From Octopus sinensis (lineage: Eukaryota): DNA of 64,000 bases. The position numbers and the translations under genes were made by a program. This document shows positions 55,224 to 64,000 of the stretch, in pieces. The notes below the pieces were generated by a model that ran no database searches, was not told the DNA's origin, and saw only the letters and a list, made by a program, of their open reading frames with translations. Where the stretch lies: contig NC_042999.1 in the NCBI RefSeq assembly GCF_006345805.1, forward strand, positions 38,936,001 through 39,000,000, given 5' to 3'. Position 1 is the stretch's first letter. Every line of letters begins with the position of its first letter.

Positions 55224-57513
55224 TTTGAGTGCAGATATCATACTCTAAAACTTGTCATGAACCGTGTGTTTGTTGCATTTCATACTGATAAAATTCGTAG
55301 ACCTCAATTCCAGTCCATTGAAACCTTTAACAATGTTAACACCAAATGCAGATCACTTAAATCAAACGCAGATAGAGAGGCCAAACCTGAAGTACCTTTG
55401 TTCGTAGACCCATGAAAGTGGGGACGACATGACGAAACACGCACAGGAGAACTAGGAAGAGAAAAAAAGATTTTACCCACCGTCAGAATAATAGCAGACT
55501 CGGATGGTAGTACTTCCGATCAATTGCCATGTTGTTATAAGGATGACACCGTGTTTAGAGAGAATAGAAAGACGATTATAAATTAAAGAAATGGTTTAAA
55601 TACAGTAAGGATACCTTCATGGACATCCCCTGTCTGGAAAACATATCTGAAAACGATGTTGTAAGATATGGTGAGCCTACAGGTGTGTGGATAACTAATG
55701 CATTCATTGTAAAAACTTGTAATTTTTTTCAATTTTACTGCAACATTTATATATTGCATTGGTCAGGCATAACACTTTCTTTGGTTTACATGCTTGTGGT
55801 GCCTTGTTCATAAGGAAGTTTTGGTGTTTTTCTAGTTTATTATTAGTTTAAAATTGAGGTCGGTTTTGAATTTCCATTCTATGAGGGTTTAATGTATATG
55901 TTGTTTGTCCAATAATTTTTCTGCTATCGCAATGCAATGCCAACTGAACATGCAAAACAATACACATCAACAACATAAATCGGGGCTAAAATAAAGACCC
56001 AACATTAGAATATTTGGTCGATACAAAGGAATCAACATTTGATTACTGACGTATGGAGCTACCGATGAGAAAATATTTTACAGGTAAGTTTGCATGAATC
56101 CAGTCAGTATGTATAAAACAAAACAGACGACAAATATTTTAAGCTCTTACTAATGAAACTAGGATTGCCTGATAACATGCAATCTGTATTTAGGAAATTT
56201 GTTATTTCAAAATAGAACGAATATCAGTAAAATATAAAACATAAAGTATAAAACGGGAAAGCATCTTTGTACTTCATAAATCATGTGTGATTTTGCGCGT
56301 CTTTCCGTTTTCTGAGCTGTAGGAAATGGATTTAGGTCTGACTGCTATTCCTAACACATAAAGTGACTGCCTTGAAAAGATATTGCCATTATGCTACGCA
56401 AGATGCGCTAAGGAATATCACCGCAGATATGAACATATATCATTCATACGGTTCTAATCACGTGTTCCACTCCAGTTCTACATCATATTTAAGTACCATG
56501 AGGATTTTACCTCTATTCCTTCGTAAGTATATTTTCATCTTCCCTTTATCCTCTTCTCGTCTTCCATTAACTCACAATTCATAATGGTAATTCAAAATGT
56601 CACACGTTACTTTCTCAAAATTCCAACCTCTAAATATTCACTTTTTTGAGTTTAATTATCAATAAATATATTGTCATAAGTTTCATAAATTCCATCGTCG
56701 TCGAAGCCATCGTCATCATCATACCCACCAGAAAAATCCTTATCATCGTAATCATCATGATGATCATCATCATCTCACCAGAACCAGCACCACCAGTACA
56801 AGAACCAGCACCAGGACCACCACCATTAACATCAGCAACAATAACATCAGCATCATCATCATTATCAAATCAGTCCGTTAATTGACATATCAATTCTAAC
56901 TCATATTGCCTTTGTCAAACAATTATACATAGAAAAACGAAGGGATAATTTCATAGAAATCATACACGTCACAATACATATTTTAATTAATTTAATGCCG
57001 GCCGAGAGATGTAAACTCCATCAGTATAGTTATTATCACATCATATTGAATTTCATTTCGCGTTTGTTATTCAGCTGTATTTTGACAGAAAAAACAGATT
57101 CTGTAGATTTAATTTTCAAGATTTTACTAATCTTCCATCTCGTTATTGAATTATTACTTCAATGTAATCATTCCAATGATTTCAATTATCCACCCACTCA
57201 CACATGTTCAATAATATCTTAAGAATACTTTTCCTCCAATTTATTTATGTAAATTATATCAATGGAAGTCTACGAAAGATGGGGAATTCATTTAAAACGT
57301 TTATCTTAATTAATTGCATGCTAGTATAGATAAGTGAGCCGGATTTACTCCACTCTATAAAATTCCTATTATTATCGGTACTTCAACAGCGTTTTAATTT
57401 TTCATATAATATAGTTAATCAATTTGCATATCGTATGCACACACACACACGCACAAACACACTCACATATGCATATATGTTTATACATACATGCACACAC
57501 ACATATATATATA

Positions 57514-57555
<42 letters not shown>

Positions 57556-57657
57556 TGTATATTATATATATATATATAATATATATATGTATATATATAT
57601 CTATATACATAAATATATGTACATAGATATATACATATACATATACATACATAATAC

Positions 57658-57690
<33 letters not shown>

Positions 57691-57706
57691 ATATATATAT
57701 ATATAC

Positions 57707-57784
<78 letters not shown>

Positions 57785-58562
57785 ATATATGAATGTATTT
57801 ATCACTTTCGCTTTCAAGCCGATTTCCTGGCTTGCAACGAAAATAGAATAATCTAAATCAGACAGTTACCGTTGAGACTTGAGATGATAAAGAATGGAAT
57901 TCTCAGTTTCAATCAGATGTCGTATTTTCTTCAATGAAATTATGTTAGATAATAACTATTGATAAGAATTCTTGTTTAAAAGTATTTAAAATAAAATGAT
58001 GCACTCCAGATAATCAATATTTTACATGCAGCAGATCGCAAGCTATTTGGCTGACGGTGATACACGAATTCATATTTTCGCAATCTTTGAAATGATTATA
58101 ACAAGACATATCAGTATAAAACATCGGTCCATATGGAATGCTGCAGGGAACAGACGCAATACATTCAATAGGTTGGTGTATTCAAAAATATAAAATCTCA
58201 CTTCTCTCCACACGTAATTAGACGACGTAGAATTGTTGCAGCAACATCATAATTATCACAATTACCATTTAAAATAGTATTAATTATCAAAGTTATGATT
58301 ATCGTCATTGATACGGTTTTGTATTCCAGACGCAATGCAGTGTACATATATAGACGTGTGGCTGTTTACAGCGTTTTCTCAGACTACACAAGGAAAGCAT
58401 AGTAAACAAGAAGCCCACAAGAGATTTAAGTAAACTAGGTTGGGAATGATATAAATTAATGCAGTATATAGCCGACTTAATTACATTTCCAGAAATATTA
58501 TTAAAATAAACGTATATCGCACCAGGGCACGATTGTTTATTTGGTGATTAATTCCATTCATA

Positions 58563-58724
58563 GGCGCAGGAGTGGCTGTGTGGTAAGTAGCTTGCTAACC
58601 AACCACATGGTTCCGGGTTCAGTCCCACTACGTGGCATCTTGGGCAAGTGTCTTCTGCTATAGCCTCGGGCCGACCATTGCCTTGTGAGTGGATTTGGTA
58701 GACGGAAACTGAAAGAAGCCTGTC

Positions 58725-58761
<37 letters not shown>

Positions 58762-58991
58762 CGTGTGTGTGTTTGTGTGTCTGTGTTTGTCCCCCTAGCA
58801 TTGCCTGACAACCGATGCTGGTGTGTTTACGTCCCCGTCACTTAGCGGTTCGGCAAAACAGACCGATAGAATAAGTACTGGGCTTACAAAGAATAAGTTC
58901 CGGGGTCGATTTGCTCGACTAAAGGCGGTGATCCAGCATGGCCGCAGCCAAATGACTGAAACAAGTAAAAGAGTAAAAGAGTAAAAGAGTA
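58563..58991 (+). mobile_element. SINE family A, full length
   Basis: tRNA-like head with box B GGTTCAGTCCC, internal TA/TG tract, (GTAAAAGA)n tail. Confidence 0.92.
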
Positions 58992-59352
58992 TATCAACCA
59001 GGATAATAGTGAGGAGTAAATACAAAGGATAAACTGGAATTTCATGAGTTCATACACGCGCCATAAAAATCTAAAAGTTGCATTATTTTATGTTCATATG
59101 TGGAACTTGAAATCGCTAAATGGATTCATTTCTACGTGCACCACCGCTTTTCTGAATGCAGGATAATATCACTGTTATGTTCATCTTTTTTTACGATAGA
59201 AATTGTTGGCGTGGAATATTTCATGGTATGCATCTCAAATATTCATTTGTTTGGGGCTAAGTGCTGTTTCAAGATTTGACTTTGCCAGATGACATTTGTG
59301 AATGCCAAGGCATTTTTTGCTTCGTCTTTCACTTCTGTTACATTGCATTCGC

Positions 59353-59408
<56 letters not shown>

Positions 59409-60699
59409 TGTTTCTTGTTGGTACATCTTCCTAAGAGTTACCGCTAGGTATTTTGATTACCACTACATCTCTTCTGTTGTAATTACATATACTTACTGCT
59501 TTAGAAACAGAGATAAACTTAAATTAAGTTCTATTCACTATATTGGATGATATAGATTCCCATATACGAGGCAGGAAATACAGGAGAGTGTAACTCTTAT
59601 CGAGTCCAAAATACGAGACAGAGTTGGTGTCTTATTGAAACATATACTTAACAATATCCTAGCTAGCCAATATTTCGGCCAATTACATCACTTTGAACGT
59701 TGTATTTCGATTCATCATAACCTGTACGGATAGTTTCTTGCTGGAGATCTGAAGAGAAATACGATGTTGTCGGATGATGTCTGCAGTGTTTACAATTATA
59801 ATGGCTGCAAATACTATAGTAATACTTGAAATTGAACTTTATTGTTGGTGAAGAGGCAAAAACGACCGAACTGCCGGTGCAGTTCACGATTTCAAAGAGG
59901 CAATTGGGATCAGTATTAGGTATTTGCAGTGATTCGATTTGCAGCCTGGAACTACAGATATGTTGGGAGATACACACTGATTTCAAATACCACAGCCAAT
60001 AGAAAACTTTTTTTATCAAACCGTAATTCCTATTTTATAAGACCGGAGTCTACTTCTGAGAAGCCGGGGACATGTTTCATCCCTTATGCAATGATTCCGT
60101 AATCAGGATTTCGGTCCAAAGGTATTTAATTAAGAAACTTAGAATCTTTCTTCCAACCTGACAACACAAGTACATTGCAACCGAGTAGATGAAACTGAGA
60201 TTGACAAACTGCAAAATCTGGAGCCATGTCAAAAGAAATAAAACTAGACATAAATCAACGACATTAGCAAAAGCTGCTGAGGGTGTTAAAGAATATGAAA
60301 TTCATGGTTCTTCGTAAAATAGATTTGTCGCCTCAGTATTGATGATATGATGACGCGTAGAATTAGGGCATCGTGGAGAAAACACAGTGAGTATTAGTAA
60401 GAGGTTTAGACGATAAGCTGCTTTTGAAGATAATTTTGATAGAGCAGATGAGGACAACATTTAATTATCCCCCATTGCTACTCGGCAGCTCAAAATTTCA
60501 ACTACATAGGAGGCTATATGTACTCGAACTCTATACAGATATCTATTCATATTAAACCCCTACCACATTTCTTTCTAGGTAAATATTTTCCTTGCTACTT
60601 CGGCTTTGGGATGTATTCCTCCATTCATATAGAATTTATTCCTGATTTTTCTGTCTAGATTTGCTAATTCAGATGTTGTACAATTTACAAAAAGTGCTG

Positions 60700-60980
60700 A
60701 ATATATATGTAATGATACTGCCCAAGTATTTACAGGCTTAACTAGATTAACCATTTAACATTGACTTCATTAGCTTTCTCACCTTCCCTTCTGATATGCT
60801 ACTTTTCAATGTTCTCTTTCATTTCTATAGTTAGTACTCTGTCAGTTTCTAATATTCCTAGAAACTTAAAACTTTCTTTTTCTTTCAATGGTTGTTTGTC
60901 CATCTGGAAAATGGATGCTTTCACTGCTGACTACCTGGCCCTTCTTTATGACTAATGTCATGCATTTCACAATGCCAGAT
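60700..60980 (-). mobile_element. Old RLE-type LINE RT C-terminal fragment
   Basis: Reads GIVKCMTLVIKKGQVV..PDGQTTIE..ESFKFLGILETD..EMKENIEK..LNG-NLVKPVNTWAV with frameshifts. Confidence 0.75.
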
Positions 60981-61400
60981 TTCACACCTATATCTTTGTT
61001 GAAATGTTTTACAGCTTGTGTTAAGGAATATTTATGACCCTTACAATCTGTACTAAAGAATCTTAAAGAGTCTTGAAATAAGCATTAAAAACATGAATGT
61101 TGATGTCACTTCAGAATTTCCAGAAAACCTATTCTGCCTAAATTCAGAAGACATTAACATATTGTTTTTTTTTTTTTTTGATATTCAACCGTTTAGTTTG
61201 AGCAGTTGAAGTTCGGATAGCTGATTTAATATAATAGTCTTGCGACTGTCTCTCTTAAGTAGTTCAATTGTCACGAGGATCTATATATTTCCATTGTGGG
61301 CTTCTATACGTTAATTTATTATAGCGATTTTCGCATCAAAGATACATTGTTAAAAAAACATGTCTTAATAGTGTATTATGTTATAACACATCCCTTCCTA

Positions 61401-61545
61401 AGGCGGTGAGATACTAGAACCGTTAGCGAGCCCTGGAAAATGTTTGGGGCATTTCTTCAGGACCCTTGTTCTGAGATGGAATTACACTCAGACTGATTTT
61501 GCTTACCATTCCTTCGAATTTGATAAAAACAGTAGTAAACCTCCC
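61401..61545 (+). mobile_element. Very old SINE family D remnant
   Basis: ggcggtgagatactagaaccgttagc...ttctgagatggaatt...ccattccttcgaatttgataaa aligns loosely with family D. Confidence 0.5.
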
Positions 61546-62011
61546 ATACATTTGCTTGCCTTGAGGCAAAGTTTTAAATCAATAATGTGTTCTCCAACTA
61601 ATATTTTCTTTGATTTATTGCTTTATAGGAATCAAATAAATAACATACAAAGCTCGAGAAACATTAGTTGCACGGCAATGATTCAAAATATACCTCCAAG
61701 TTACACTTGGTATCATGTCGTTATTACAGGCTTCTGGAATTTCAAACTTGCATTTGAATCGAAAATTTTGTTGTTATTGAATGTAAATCTTGTGGAAAAG
61801 CAATGAGCTCAACCTAAAAATGAAGTTCAAAACAAACAACTAGTATGTGCAACTAATTGGAAATTATCATATATAGAATGTGAAAGAAGGAAAACTTATT
61901 TCAATTTCAGTGATTATATTTTCTATTGATATTAAAAGTTCAGAATGTAAGTGTATTCATACAGAGCGAGTAAAATAATTATATTCCTTTATAACCATAA
62001 TAGCATATCTC

Positions 62012-62094
<83 letters not shown>

Positions 62095-63239
62095 ATACAG
62101 AGAGAAAAAGAAAGAGAGAGAGGAAGATTTATGCTTGCATATAATTATATATGTATTTATGTTTGCGCGTAGATGCAGATACGTTTGTGTTTGTGTATAT
62201 AAGTATGTATGTGTGCATTCATATATATTTTACGTTTTAATTGTATGTTAGTGGATAACACTTTTAAATATAAATGCTATTTTAAATCCTCACCAGGGTT
62301 CCTATCCAGCATATAAGTAGGATTCGTATTCACGAGCTTGTCTCTTGCTGTTGGTGCAACAATATTCACTAATTGCATTCATCCAATGATTGCTATTAGT
62401 TATGACTCGACACGTACAGAGAAATGGCAATTGGTTGTACAATCAAATTCCTTTTGCTTTTAATATCATTATACGAATTTATTTAGACTTGTTTACAGTG
62501 TCAACATAGCAATGAATAATTTTAATTGCATCAATTCATTCCGATGGACTAGGGTTGATCTAGTCAGAGCTAAATTTATATTGATGTTGTAATCATAGGT
62601 TTGCTGTATTTTGTATTTTGTTATACTCTGCCTTAGCTGAAATGTAGTAAATGCAATCGTTGTTGTTGTTGTTACTGTAGTGAATAATACGGTTATTACA
62701 GACATTTTCTTTCCTATTTACAATTGTTTTATTTTTTTACGTGTATTTTATACACTTTAACCACATTTATCTTGATTTTTATTTGGCTTATTTCTTAACG
62801 TATTTTGAACTACTCTCGTTAAAAAAAATTTTAAATATGCAAATATATTGAGCACAAATTTTTTATTGGGTTGTTACATTTTATTTCATTTATATTCATA
62901 TAAATATTTTTTATAAAGTTAGGTTTATACTAAACACTGGTTTGAATATTTTTCTTAAATGTCAATAAATTATAGAGGTTGCAAATTCCAATTCTGAAAA
63001 GTAAATGACATCTTGTAAGAATCACGTGCATACTTACCCATTTAAACATGGTGTTATATATAGGCGTCAGCAATATCGTGCGATTCACCAAATATGCTAC
63101 AGACACTAGAAATAATATCAATGGTTGATACATATTAGCATATATCTGTTGAGAATTTCAATAAAGTTCCATATATGTAGGTAAATTAAATATCGTAAGG
63201 ACCATATGTGGTTATGTGCATACGCCCGTTTCTGTATTT

Positions 63240-63305
63240 ATAGATAGATACACAGATAGAGAAACTGGCCTATCAATAGATAGATAGATAGATAGATAGA
63301 TAGAC

Positions 63306-63384
<79 letters not shown>

Positions 63385-63460
63385 GAGATACATACATGCA
63401 TGCATGCATACATACATAGACAGATAGATAGGTAGATGGGTAGATAGATAGAGAGATAGA
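63240..63460. repeat. (GATA)n tetranucleotide microsatellite
   Basis: Direct reading of the sequence. Confidence 0.95.
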
Positions 63461-64000
63461 TAAATAGACGGGCAGGCAGACACATATGCTTGAATGACTT
63501 TGTACATATATGTATCTATATATGTATGCCATGATGTGTGTGATGTTATGCAGGAATACATAATCTTATATTCTTTATATAGGTTTATTTCATACAAATA
63601 TATGTGCGTTTGTGTGTGTGTGAGTGTGTATAAAAAGAACAAAATATATATTTCAATAGGTAAAAATGAGTTTTTAGAATTGTTATATTATCTTTCATAT
63701 AATGGTTTATGCATTATTATTATATGCATATTTTGCGAACCTAAACCAACCGTAGCTTATGTTTCAAATAATCCTTCTAAAGCATCATTTTCAAATATTA
63801 CAACTACTATTATTGTTTAGCGGTACTTCGTCCGTAGCTCTTCGTTCGTTGTAACTCCTTTATGACATTCTGCTGGTCAAGATTATCATTCAATGTTTCT
63901 GTCATTTTTTCCTTTGATAAATGTAGCTTTTGAATATTTATTGAGGCCGAATTGCACCCTGATGTTATCATAGAATTATTTAACAATTGCTAGTAAGACC

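Noticed and set aside
56646-56885. Proline-rich ORF PEPAPPVQEPAPGPPP
   Set aside because: Decayed CAT/CAC/CAG trinucleotide tract with no splice or homology support.
59663-60019. 118 aa non-repetitive minus-strand ORF with an internal acceptor-like site
   Set aside because: No recognisable motif and no partner exons; cannot be supported as CDS.

Overview
AT-rich, microsatellite-saturated eukaryotic DNA. Its SINE, mariner/Tc1 and RLE-type LINE content resembles what I know of octopus (cephalopod) genomes; that assignment is inference. I cannot support any intact host protein-coding gene; most ORF-track entries are translations of (TA)n, (AAT)n or (TTC)n runs. The window holds three decayed mariner copies, two Tc1 copies, many tRNA-derived SINEs (three families, including two head-to-tail dimers), several R4/Dong-like RLE LINE fragments embedded in (AAT)n arrays, an RTE-like 3' end and a MITE. 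The most notable signal is a set of four (TA)n-bounded foldback insertions sharing one asymmetric layout. Two of them carry complete type I hammerhead ribozyme folds (3158-3250 on +; 26801-26891 on + with its mirror 26583-26673 on -), consistent with Penelope-like or retrozyme-like RNA elements that target TA microsatellites.
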